NCBI GenBank assembly: GCA_035469245.1
Contig: DATISA010000213.1
Coordinates: 2,595 to 66,594 of the forward strand
Source: Gemmatimonadaceae bacterium
GTDB lineage: Bacteria > Gemmatimonadota > Gemmatimonadetes > Gemmatimonadales > Gemmatimonadaceae
Length of the DNA stretch: 64,000 nucleotides
Reading direction: 5' to 3'
This document shows, in pieces, positions 55,512 through 64,000 of this stretch; within the stretch, counting starts at the first letter, position 1, and every line of letters begins with the position of its first letter. The notes below the pieces were generated by a model. It was not told the origin of the DNA and did no database searches. It saw only the letters and a program-made list of their open reading frames with translations. Made by a program: the position numbers and the translations under genes.

Positions 55512-55603
55512 CGACAGCATAGAAATTGTGTAACACCAGTAATGCTGTTCGCGATTTGTTTTCAGCTTGGCGTCACGAACAGATTTTTGTCCAGCAGACT
55601 CAA

Positions 55604-55612
55604 TTATCCACA
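55604..55612 (+). promoter_or_regulatory. Consensus DnaA box TTATCCACA in the AT-rich spacer after parB
   Basis: Exact 9/9 match. By my rough base-composition estimate the chance expectation in this window is ~0.1. It is the only perfect box seen. Confidence 0.4.
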
Positions 55613-55670
55613 GCATTGAACAGCTAGCTAACGTCTTCTTGCACTTGGAATAAAAGCTCTCCAGATCGCT

Positions 55671-56690
55671 GTGACTCCGAAATTTCCCACAACTGCGGTT
55701 GCAGGCGTATTCCTGACCCTTGCAGCCTGTGGCCCATCAAGCGATCGAGGATCCGGCAGGAAGTCCGACGACTCGCTGCGGGTGGCCTTGCTCACCCCCG
55801 GTCCGATTTCCGATCAGTCGTGGAACTCCGGCGCTTACCAAGGACTGATGCGGATCCGGGACAGCCTCGGCGCCCACATCAGTCACATCCAAACCAAGAC
55901 TCCCGCCGAATTCGAGGAGAACTTTCGTCAATACGGCGCGCAAGGTTATGACATCGTGTTCGGCCACGGGTTCGAATTCCAGGACGCCGCACGCCGAGTT
56001 GCGCCAGCTTTCCCGAAGACCCTGTTCGTCACCACGTCGGGAACGACGGCCGGGCCGAACCTGGCCGGTATGACGTTCGGCTTTGCCGATGCTTCGTATC
56101 TCGCCGGTATACTGGCCGCCTCGATGACCAAATCGAAGCAGCTCGGGGTGCTGGGCGGGACCGAGCTGCCGCCAGTCGTCGAGAGCTTTCACGCGTTCGA
56201 ACAGGGCGCGCGCTCGGTGGATCCATCGATCAGAGTCGTGACGTCGTACATCGGGAATTGGGATGACGTCAGCGCGGGAAAGGAACAGGCGCTGGCGCAG
56301 CTCGCCCGCGGTGTCGACGTCATTTTCCAGAATGCTGATGCGGCGGGACTAGGCGTATTCCAGGCAGCGCGCGAGCGCGGAAACGCCTACGTGATCGGAT
56401 CCAACTCCGATCAGAATTCAGTGGCGCCAGAAGTCACGCTTGGAAGCGTCGTCATCGATCTTCCGCTCGCCTTCTTGACGATTGCCAAAGAAGTCCGAAG
56501 CGGAGCGTTCAAACCGCGCGTCGTCGAATTGGGAGAAGCGAGCCGTGTCGTGACGCTCGTGCTGAACCCGACGATCCAAGCTCGAATCCCGGCGGCGGTC
56601 CGCTCGCGGATTGATTCGCTGCAACAACGCATGCTGGCCGGCGAGTTGACGGTGAAGCACGATTCGCTGCGCGTAACGCCGGCGCGATGA
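55671..56690 (+). CDS. BMP-family (PnrA/Med-like) ABC transporter substrate-binding lipoprotein
   Basis: Lipobox FLTLAAC. LLTPGPISDQSWN, GHGFEF, IGSNSDQ typical of basic membrane protein family binders. GTG start. Confidence 0.85.
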   Translation: MTPKFPTTAVAGVFLTLAACGPSSDRGSGRKSDDSLRVALLTPGPISDQSWNSGAYQGLMRIRDSLGAHISHIQTKTPAEFEENFRQYGAQGYDIVFGHGFEFQDAARRVAPAFPKTLFVTTSGTTAGPNLAGMTFGFADASYLAGILAASMTKSKQLGVLGGTELPPVVESFHAFEQGARSVDPSIRVVTSYIGNWDDVSAGKEQALAQLARGVDVIFQNADAAGLGVFQAARERGNAYVIGSNSDQNSVAPEVTLGSVVIDLPLAFLTIAKEVRSGAFKPRVVELGEASRVVTLVLNPTIQARIPAAVRSRIDSLQQRMLAGELTVKHDSLRVTPAR

Positions 56691-56691
56691 G

Positions 56692-57465
56692 ATGCCGTCG
56701 CTTTCCGAGATTCGTGGATATCTGGACGCAACCCTCGACGTCGACGCCGTCCCGGACTATCCCAACGCAGTGAACGGCGTGCAATTCGAGAACGAAGGCG
56801 AAATCACGCACATCGCCGCGGCGGTCGATTTTTCGACCAACGCCGTTCGAGTCGCCGGCGACGTGGGAGCGCGGTTGCTTCTGGTGCATCACGGCATGTT
56901 CTGGTCGGGCGTGCAGCCCATCACCGGACATCGCGTCAAAGCGATTCGCGAACTGGTCCGACGCGATGTGGCCGTGTACTCGGCGCATTTGCCACTCGAC
57001 GTGCATCCGCAGTTCGGGAACAATGCACTGCTCGCGAAGCGGCTAGGCCTGACGCCGACCGGCGGGTTCGCGCGGTTCGCGACCATCGAAGTCGGGCTGC
57101 GCGGCAGCTCCAACATTCCAACGCGAGCCATCGCCGACCGCGCGCGGGCCCTCGCGGCCGAATTCGGCGGAACGCTGGTCGCCTCTCCGTTCCAGCCCGA
57201 TCGGATCACCCGTGCGTGGGCAATGTGCAGCGGCGCGGGCGCCGACAGCGCAACATTGCGCGAAGCGGCGACGCTCGGCATCGACACCCTCGTCGTCGGG
57301 GAAGGGCCACACCACACTGCCGTCGAGGCGCGCGAGCTCGGGATCGTGGTGCTGTACGCCGGCCATTACGCTACCGAGACTCTCGGAGTTCGCGCACTGG
57401 CAGCATCCGTTAGCGAGCGGTTCGGCATCGAAACGAGTTTCATCGACTTGCCGACCGGATTGTGA
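56692..57465 (+). CDS. NIF3-family dinuclear metal-centre protein (YbgI/GTP cyclohydrolase I type 2-like)
   Basis: PNAVNGVQFEN, LLLVHHGMFW, VYSAHLPLDVH, VVGEGPHHT. Confidence 0.8.
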   Translation: MPSLSEIRGYLDATLDVDAVPDYPNAVNGVQFENEGEITHIAAAVDFSTNAVRVAGDVGARLLLVHHGMFWSGVQPITGHRVKAIRELVRRDVAVYSAHLPLDVHPQFGNNALLAKRLGLTPTGGFARFATIEVGLRGSSNIPTRAIADRARALAAEFGGTLVASPFQPDRITRAWAMCSGAGADSATLREAATLGIDTLVVGEGPHHTAVEARELGIVVLYAGHYATETLGVRALAASVSERFGIETSFIDLPTGL

Positions 57466-58922
57466 GCTCGGCATCAATCGACGCGAACCTCGCTCCGCGA
57501 ATCGCGTTGGACAACATCACGCGACGTTTCGGTCCCACGATTGCGCTCGACGATGTCTCGTTTCGACTCCGGCGGGGAACGGTGCACGCCCTGTTGGGCG
57601 AGAACGGAGCGGGCAAGACCACACTGATGCGTATCGCGTTCGGCCTGATTCCACCGGATGCGGGTGCAGCCTTCGCCGACGGCCGGTCGATCGGCTCCGC
57701 CCACGACTCGATTGCCGCGGGAATCGGGATGGTGCATCAGCACTTTACGAACGTTCCGGCGATGACGGTGGCTGAGAATGTTGCCCTGGGCGGCCACGGT
57801 TGGTTTCGCGCCGATCGCGCGTCCAAGCGCGTGCTGGAGATCGGCGCGGAGACGGGGCTCGCACTCGATCCGGCCGTTCGAGCCGAGGACTTGTCGGTCG
57901 GTGCGCAGCAACGGCTGGAAATCGTCAAGGCACTGGCGCGGGACGCTGATTCCTTGATCCTCGACGAGCCAACCGCCGTGCTAGCCCCGAACGAAGCTGC
58001 GGAGCTTCTGACCTGGCTGCGAGCGTTCGCGGACCGTGGCGGCTCAGTGGTCCTCGTCACTCATCGCTTGCGCGAGGCACTCATGGTGGCCGACGACGTG
58101 ACGGTGCTTCGCCGAGGCCGGCACATTCTCACTGAATCGGCGCGGGCACTGGACGAGCACACCCTGGCGGCTGCATTGCTGGGAGAGGAGCGCCGCGCGA
58201 GTGAAGCGGACACGTTCGTTGGATCCTCTCACGCCGCCGATACCGTCCTTCGAATCACGAACGTCGACGTCGAGGACGAGCGTGGTGTGCCTGTCGTTCG
58301 CGACGCGTCACTTTCGATCGCGGCCGGCGAGATCCTCGGGATTGCGGCGGTCGAAGGCGCGGGTCACCGCGAGCTGCTTCGACTCATTGCTGGCCGAATC
58401 CGAGCATTGCGCGGCACCGTGGACGGCGAACGCGTCGTCGGCTTCGTGCCCGAGGATCGTCAGCGCGACGCGCTGGTGGTCGACTTTTCCCTCGCTGAGA
58501 ATGTCGCCCTGCTTGGAGCGGGCGCGCGTCGCGGCCGCATCGCGTGGCGTACTATCGCTCAGCGGACCGAAGCACTCGTGCGCGAGTTTGACATTCGTGC
58601 CGAAGGCGCGAGGCTTCGGGCTCGTGCCCTGTCAGGCGGCAACCAGCAGAAGCTCGTGCTGGCGCGGGAGCTGAGCGCGGCGCCGCGGCTGCTCGTCGCG
58701 GAGAATCCAACGCGCGGGCTCGACATTCGCGCCACGCGCGGGGTTCACGAGCGGCTGCGCAGAGCCGCGGCCGGTGGGACCGCGGTCGTGATCTATTCGA
58801 GTGATTTGGACGAAGTGCTCGCATTGGCGACGCGCCTCGTTGTCGTACACGCGGGCCAGCTGCGCGAGACTTCGCTCGACCGGGACGACGTCGGACGTGC
58901 GATGCTCGGAGTTGCCTCGTGA
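57462..58922 (+). CDS. ABC transporter ATP-binding protein, tandem ATPase domains (sugar/nucleoside type)
   Basis: Walker A GENGAGKTT. Signatures LSVGAQQRLE and LSGGNQQK. Walker B LILDEPT and LVAENPT. Confidence 0.9.
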   Translation: MSSASIDANLAPRIALDNITRRFGPTIALDDVSFRLRRGTVHALLGENGAGKTTLMRIAFGLIPPDAGAAFADGRSIGSAHDSIAAGIGMVHQHFTNVPAMTVAENVALGGHGWFRADRASKRVLEIGAETGLALDPAVRAEDLSVGAQQRLEIVKALARDADSLILDEPTAVLAPNEAAELLTWLRAFADRGGSVVLVTHRLREALMVADDVTVLRRGRHILTESARALDEHTLAAALLGEERRASEADTFVGSSHAADTVLRITNVDVEDERGVPVVRDASLSIAAGEILGIAAVEGAGHRELLRLIAGRIRALRGTVDGERVVGFVPEDRQRDALVVDFSLAENVALLGAGARRGRIAWRTIAQRTEALVREFDIRAEGARLRARALSGGNQQKLVLARELSAAPRLLVAENPTRGLDIRATRGVHERLRRAAAGGTAVVIYSSDLDEVLALATRLVVVHAGQLRETSLDRDDVGRAMLGVAS

Positions 58923-60157
58923 CCGCGGTCGCGAGCGGCGTTCTCGATCAACACCCCGCGCGCTGGCGTGTTCTCGCCCTTCTTGCGAGCGCCGAGCTGC
59001 TCGGAATGTCGTTGTGGTTTGCCGGGAGCGCCGTAGCCGTCCAGCTCGCGCAACGCTGGTCGATCGGGCCGAGCCAAGCGGCCTGGCTCACCACGATCGT
59101 TCAGCTTGGATTCGTATGCGGGACCGCCGTGGCCGCGCTCCTCAATCTCGCCGACGTTCTCCCATCGCGCGTATTCTTTGCCTCCGCGGCAATACTTGGC
59201 GCCGCGGCGAATGCCGGTCTGGTCTTCAGCGGTGCGTTCATTAGCGGGCTTGCATGCAGGTTCATGACGGGGTTTGCACTCGCCGGTGTATATCCGCCGG
59301 CGATGAAGATGGCCTCGACATGGTTTCGCGCGCGACGCGGACTCGCGATCGGGACAGTCGTTGGCGCGCTGACCGTCGGCAAAGCAACGCCGTACCTGGT
59401 GCACGCCCTTCCGGATGCCGGACCAACGACCGTGATTCTTACAGCATCCGGGTTCGCCGTGGCCGCCGCGCTGCTCGTTGGGCTGTTCTATATGGACGGG
59501 CCGTATCCATTCCCGCCCCGACCGTTTTCGTGGAGCCTGGTTCGCACCGTCGTCGAGCGTCGGGAATGGCGGCTGGCGACGGGCGGGTATCTCGGGCACA
59601 TGTTCGAGCTGTATTCGTTCTGGACCTGGATTCCGGTCTTCATTGGAGCGAGCGTGGCAGTGCACGGTGCCGGGAATACCGGCACCGACGACGCGCGACT
59701 CGTCTCTCTCATCGCGTTCGGGACGATCGCGATCGGAGGTGCCGGATGCGTCTGGGGCGGGTTGGCAGCGGACGCTCGCGGTCGTGAACGGCTCGTGATC
59801 CTCGCCATGGCAGCGAGTGGTGGCTGTTCGCTCCTCATTCCGTTCGCGTTTGGGCGCGATTTGTGGATTCTCGCTCCTTTGGCTTGGGCGTGGGGATTCT
59901 TCGTCGTCGCGGATTCGGCGCAATTCAGCGCGCTCGTGACGGAAGCCGTACCTCCGCACGCCGTTGGCACCGCGTTGACGGTCCAGACCTCGATCGGATT
60001 TCTGCTGACGATGGTCTCGATTCAACTCGTCCCACCGATGGTGTCGCTCGTGGGCTGGAAGTGGGCATTCCCGATGCTGGCGCTCGGTCCGACGCTCGGA
60101 ATTGCGGCGATCCGCAGATTGATCGCCACCAAACGCGAAGCGGTCGCGCTGGCGTGA
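58919..60157 (+). CDS. MFS transporter embedded in the ABC operon
   Basis: About 12 hydrophobic helices. Start and stop overlap or abut the flanking ABC genes. Confidence 0.75.
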   Translation: MTAVASGVLDQHPARWRVLALLASAELLGMSLWFAGSAVAVQLAQRWSIGPSQAAWLTTIVQLGFVCGTAVAALLNLADVLPSRVFFASAAILGAAANAGLVFSGAFISGLACRFMTGFALAGVYPPAMKMASTWFRARRGLAIGTVVGALTVGKATPYLVHALPDAGPTTVILTASGFAVAAALLVGLFYMDGPYPFPPRPFSWSLVRTVVERREWRLATGGYLGHMFELYSFWTWIPVFIGASVAVHGAGNTGTDDARLVSLIAFGTIAIGGAGCVWGGLAADARGRERLVILAMAASGGCSLLIPFAFGRDLWILAPLAWAWGFFVVADSAQFSALVTEAVPPHAVGTALTVQTSIGFLLTMVSIQLVPPMVSLVGWKWAFPMLALGPTLGIAAIRRLIATKREAVALA

Positions 60158-60161
60158 TCGC

Positions 60162-61199
60162 GTGCTGAGGCTCGGTCCGCGAGAGTCGCGATGGCTCGCG
60201 ATGGCGCTGGTCGCGGCGGTCGTCGCGACGACCGCAGCGATTCTCAGCGTGTCGGGATTCGACGTGGCTCGGGCGCTGACCGCGTTGGTCAGCGGTTCAG
60301 TGGGATCTCTCGACGCGATCGCTTCCGCCACCCTGGTGCGCGCGACGCCACTGATTCTGACGGGACTTGCGGTGACCGTCGCCTTTCAGGCAGGCGTCTT
60401 CAATATCGGCGCCGAGGGACAGTTTCTGATGGGTGCAGCGGCAACTACGGCAACGGCGCTCGCCGGTCGGGCGCTGCCAACAGTGCTTCTACTACCGCTG
60501 GTGTTGGCCGCGGGCGCCGTCGCCGGAGGAGCCTGGGCCTGGATCGCGTCCGTGCTGCGTGCGCGATATCACGTCCTCGAGGTGATCAGCACGATCATGC
60601 TCAACTTCATCGCGGCGTACTTGATTTCATATCTGGTGCGCGGGCCGTTACAGGAACCGACACACGTCTTTCCGCAGACTGAATCGATCGACGACGCCGC
60701 GCGACTTCCGCACCTGTGGCCAGGAACCCGTTTGCACCTGGGGTTCGTCATCGCCTGCGCGGCGTGCATAGCGGCGTGGTGGGTGGTTCGGTACACCGCA
60801 GCCGGTTTCCGACTACGCGTCGTCGGCGCAAATCCCTTCGCCGCGAAATCCGCCGGTCAGATCGACGTGCGTCGAGTCACGACGCGCGCGTTCCTGCTGA
60901 GCGGCGCCATCTCCGGCCTCGCGGGTGCGGTCGAGGTGACTGGCGTGACGTTGGCGCTGTATGAGAACATCTCGCCCGGCTACGGTTACACGGCGATCGC
61001 CGTCGCGCTCCTGGCGCGGCTCAACGCGGCGGCGGTGATCGCGACGGGCGTGCTGTTCGGCGCGCTCGAGGCCGGGGCGAGCGCAATGCAGCGCGACGCC
61101 AGCGTACCATCCGTGGTCGTGTCGATCATCGAAGCGGCGATCATTCTCGCGCTCGTGGCGATTGAACGCGTTCGGGTCGCGGGAGCAGCTCGCGCGTGA
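60162..61199 (+). CDS. ABC transporter permease (BMP-type system)
   Basis: Multi-pass membrane protein. FNIGAEGQFLMG motif typical of these permeases. Confidence 0.85.
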   Translation: MLRLGPRESRWLAMALVAAVVATTAAILSVSGFDVARALTALVSGSVGSLDAIASATLVRATPLILTGLAVTVAFQAGVFNIGAEGQFLMGAAATTATALAGRALPTVLLLPLVLAAGAVAGGAWAWIASVLRARYHVLEVISTIMLNFIAAYLISYLVRGPLQEPTHVFPQTESIDDAARLPHLWPGTRLHLGFVIACAACIAAWWVVRYTAAGFRLRVVGANPFAAKSAGQIDVRRVTTRAFLLSGAISGLAGAVEVTGVTLALYENISPGYGYTAIAVALLARLNAAAVIATGVLFGALEAGASAMQRDASVPSVVVSIIEAAIILALVAIERVRVAGAARA

Positions 61200-62110
61200 G
61201 CACCGCGGCGATGGCATTCGTCGAATCGGCCGTGCGCACCGCGACGCCGCTGGCGCTGGCGGCACTCGGCGAGCTCGTTGTCGAGCGCGCCGGTGTGCTC
61301 AACATCAGCCTCGAGGGTGTGATCCTGGCCGGGGCATTCGGGAGTGTCGTCGGCGCGACGCACGGTGGGACTGCCGGCGGCTACGCCGGGTCGATCGCCG
61401 CCGGCTTGGCCACCGCGGCTCTTTTCGCACTGTTCGTGGTCGCGCTCGAAGCCGACCAGATCATCACCGGTACCGCGATCACGCTCCTCGCGCTTGGCGT
61501 GACCGGCACCTTGTACCGCGCACTCTTCGGTACGACGGGCGCGGCATTGTCCATTCCGACCTCCACAGCGATGGCGATTCCCGGACTGTCGTCCATTCCC
61601 GTCGTGGGCAGTGGCCTCTTCAAGCAGCCCGCCGTCACGTACGTCGCGTACGTCGTCGTGCCGCTCCTGTGGTGGTGGATGTACCACACGCACGACGGTC
61701 TCGCACTGCGCGCTGTTGGAGAGTCGAGGGCGGCGGCGGAGGCGGCAGGTCGTCACCCGCGTCGGATTCGATTCCTGGCGATTCTCTTCGGCGGTGCGGC
61801 GGGCGGCCTGGCGGGCGGCGTCCTCGTACTCACGCAGGCCGGAACCTTCGTTGAGGGGATGTCAGCTGGACGCGGCTTCATCGCGATCGCGATCGTCGTG
61901 CTCGGACGCTGGCATCCACTCGGAGTCGCGGTGGCGGCGCTGATCTTCGGCGCGGCGAGCGCACTGCAATACTTGCTGCAGGCGCTGGGTCTCTCCTTGC
62001 CGTATCAGCTCTTTCTAGCGCTGCCTTACGTTCTCACGCTCGCCGGACTTGCCGGCGTGGCGGGTCGGGTTCGTGCACCAGCGGCGTTGGGCCGTCTCGA
62101 GGCAGAGTGA
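61196..62110 (+). CDS. ABC transporter permease (BMP-type system), second subunit
   Basis: LNISLEGVILAGAF motif. Overlaps the preceding permease stop. Confidence 0.85.
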   Translation: MSTAAMAFVESAVRTATPLALAALGELVVERAGVLNISLEGVILAGAFGSVVGATHGGTAGGYAGSIAAGLATAALFALFVVALEADQIITGTAITLLALGVTGTLYRALFGTTGAALSIPTSTAMAIPGLSSIPVVGSGLFKQPAVTYVAYVVVPLLWWWMYHTHDGLALRAVGESRAAAEAAGRHPRRIRFLAILFGGAAGGLAGGVLVLTQAGTFVEGMSAGRGFIAIAIVVLGRWHPLGVAVAALIFGAASALQYLLQALGLSLPYQLFLALPYVLTLAGLAGVAGRVRAPAALGRLEAE

Positions 62111-62113
62111 TGT

Positions 62114-63001
62114 TCAACATTGCCGGCGCGGGCTCGACCACAGGGCCTGCCACTGTCCGGCGTCGGTACGCTCGATCAAACCGAAGCCTGTGGCGTTACC
62201 GAAATCTCGGGCGACGACGATCGTCGCTCGCCGCGAATCTCCGAGGAGCAGAGCGGCGACAAGGTCTGTACTCGCGACGGTCTCCTCGTCGCCCGACGAT
62301 CGCTCGGAGTATGCGCGGACGAATCCGGAATCGCGCGGCGGTCGTTCGCCAATGAGGAAGGTGCGCTCCTGAAGCGGCGTCGCCTCCTGATTGATCTGTC
62401 TCATCAGAGTTCCGACGAGGATTTGTCGACCGTCGGGCAGCGTGAATCGCCAGATGTTGCGCACCACGAACGGCAGGCCGACGAAGCGCCCCGCGGAATC
62501 GTTCGGGAGTCCGGACGCCATGCGATTGAGCCACGTGACCATCGCCGCCGAGTCTTTCGGTGCGAGCGACTCCGTTGAATCGACGGGCACCGGAGCAACG
62601 ACGCCACCGATGAAGCCAACGCTCCAGGGCCGCGGCGGTGGCGCCGCCTCGAGCGTGGCGACGCTGCAGGCCGAGGTGTCGGGTGCCGCCGGAAGATCGG
62701 CGGTTTGCACGCTCCCCGAGCGGCTGAACAACGTCACCGAAGCAGGGTGCGGAATCGTCATCAACGGGGTTTGATCCGTTCCGTGCGGCCGCAGGACGAA
62801 CGCGCGCGTCGGAGAATCTGTCGCGACGAGGAGAATGGGACCCACCGCCGGATCCCAGGCCGTGCCGGGTGTCGCGGCGGACTCGGGCGGGGCCGGCGCA
62901 ACGACGGCCGTCGACTCGTGGCCGGCGGCGGGCCTCTCGCTCCGACACGATGCAACGATGAACAGGCCGAGCAATGCCACCGAACCGCGGAACGTCTTCA
63001 T
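62114..63001 (-). CDS. Hypothetical lipoprotein
   Basis: MKTFRGSVALLGLFIVASC lipobox. No named domain. Confidence 0.6.
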   Translation of the reverse strand: MKTFRGSVALLGLFIVASCRSERPAAGHESTAVVAPAPPESAATPGTAWDPAVGPILLVATDSPTRAFVLRPHGTDQTPLMTIPHPASVTLFSRSGSVQTADLPAAPDTSACSVATLEAAPPPRPWSVGFIGGVVAPVPVDSTESLAPKDSAAMVTWLNRMASGLPNDSAGRFVGLPFVVRNIWRFTLPDGRQILVGTLMRQINQEATPLQERTFLIGERPPRDSGFVRAYSERSSGDEETVASTDLVAALLLGDSRRATIVVARDFGNATGFGLIERTDAGQWQALWSSPRRQC

Positions 63002-63140
63002 TCGTCGTAATTTGGCCCTCTGGCGCTCAGCGTCAACGGCCGGCGGAAGTTGGCTACGTCATGAGACGTATGCCCGCCGTGCGAGGACGTGCATAGTTAT
63101 CGAGGCAGGCGCAGGTAAAGTCCCACCCTGAGACTCATCG

Positions 63141-64000
63141 ATGGCACATCCCGAGCACGCGATTCCACTGGTTGTTCGCGGGGGTGAAATCCGCGCCACG
63201 GTGCGCGCGCCGTTGCTCGAGCGCCTGAGCTGGGCGTTTTACGATTTTTCAAATACAATTTTCTCAATGAACGTGGCCACATTGTACTTCACGGTGTGGC
63301 TGGTGTCGGATCTGGGCGTCTCGAATACGCTGGACGCCGCGGCCAATGCCGCGGCATCGGCGCTCGTCGTCGTCGCGATTCCGTTTCTCGGCGCGCTCTC
63401 CGACGTTCGCCGGCGCCGCAAGCGCTGGGTCGTCGGCTTCACGGTGCTCTCGTGCGCCGCGTGTGCACTGATGGGCGTCCTCGGACAGACGCTGCTGCCG
63501 TTGACCGGTGCCAGCGTCGACACGCCGGCGTCGCTGCCGGCGGGATGGCACGCGTCGGGGCCCGGTCTGTACTGGCTCCTCGGGGCGTTCGTCCTGGCGA
63601 GCTTCGCGTACCAGGCCGCGCAGCCGTTCTATAACGCGATGCTCCCGGAGCTGGTGCCAATCGAAGAGCAGGGGCGGTTGTCGGGATTTGGAACGGCCGT
63701 GGGGTATCTCGGCTCGCTCGTCGGCGTTCTGCTTGTCGCGCCCTTCTTCAACGGCGCACTTCCGCTGATTGGCAAGCTGAGCGACGAGACGGTGCGCGCG
63801 CTGCATTCGCTGGTGCCGTTCACATCGCATGGCGGCCGCGTGTCGACGTTCGTGCCCACGGGGTTGCTCTTTCTGCTTTTTTCGCTGCCGCTATTCGCGT
63901 TCTGTCGCGACCACAATCCCGCGCCAAAGGGCACGCCCGTGCGCTGGCGAATGGCGGTGCGCAGCGTCGCCAACACGATCCGCGACGCCAGGCAACACCC
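63141..64000 (+). CDS. MFS transporter, UMF1/Atg22-like family; runs off the window edge
   Basis: Own translation from ATG at 63141: MAHPEHAIPLVVRGGEIRATVRAPLLERLSWAFYDFSNTIFSMNVATLYFTVWLV...NAMLPELVPIEEQGRLSGFGTAVGYLGS. No stop before 64000. Confidence 0.7.
   Translation, partial: MAHPEHAIPLVVRGGEIRATVRAPLLERLSWAFYDFSNTIFSMNVATLYFTVWLVSDLGVSNTLDAAANAAASALVVVAIPFLGALSDVRRRRKRWVVGFTVLSCAACALMGVLGQTLLPLTGASVDTPASLPAGWHASGPGLYWLLGAFVLASFAYQAAQPFYNAMLPELVPIEEQGRLSGFGTAVGYLGSLVGVLLVAPFFNGALPLIGKLSDETVRALHSLVPFTSHGGRVSTFVPTGLLFLLFSLPLFAFCRDHNPAPKGTPVRWRMAVRSVANTIRDARQH

Noticed and set aside
55512-55670. Calling this spacer oriC
   Set aside because: It has only one consensus DnaA box. There is no cluster of boxes, no recognisable unwinding-element repeats, and no dnaA or dnaN in the window. 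The transcription direction mnmG to parB would place an origin, if close, to the left of mnmG. It is kept only as a DnaA-box observation.
63086-63100. TGCATAGTTATCGA upstream of the UMF1-type MFS gene as a third ARG box
   Set aside because: Only the left half-site matches; the right half is ATCGA against ATGCA. There is no functional link to arginine. The match is too weak to report.

Overview
High-GC (roughly two-thirds G+C by eye), densely coding bacterial chromosomal DNA. The style suggests a Gram-negative soil lineage such as Gemmatimonadota or Acidobacteriota, but that is inference only. I support about 65 protein genes and found no rRNA, tRNA, CRISPR array, transposase or integrase. Confident landmarks: a divergent arginine cluster (argC-argB-argD-GNAT on the minus strand, argR-argG-argH on the plus strand) with ARG-box-like operators; mnmG, a SIMPL gene and parA-parB; ispG; murB; two CspA-family genes; an M16 peptidase pair; S41, M1 and M28 (PSMA-like) peptidases; a GH3 hydrolase; an ABC-F ATPase; and a six-gene BMP-type ABC uptake operon. 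Most of the window looks like core chromosome with native codon usage. I could not demonstrate a complete novel multi-gene system. The items most worth follow-up are: (1) a perfect 23+6+23 bp inverted repeat with two CCACGTGG palindromes just upstream of parA, a candidate variant parS pair; (2) a tail-anchored protein with an [FeFe]-hydrogenase-like domain, divergent from a Crp-family regulator; (3) a plasmid-type RPA-family replication-initiator homologue translationally coupled to a housekeeping-looking SDR gene; (4) an orphan LigD polymerase-domain gene with no Ku or ligase nearby; (5) a perfect TGTGA-N6-TCACA site upstream of a blue-copper lipoprotein gene; (6) a charge-bipolar histone-H1-like protein; (7) a hairpin that sequesters the ribosome-binding site of an unknown gene. 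All family calls rest on motifs read from the translations. No database search was run.
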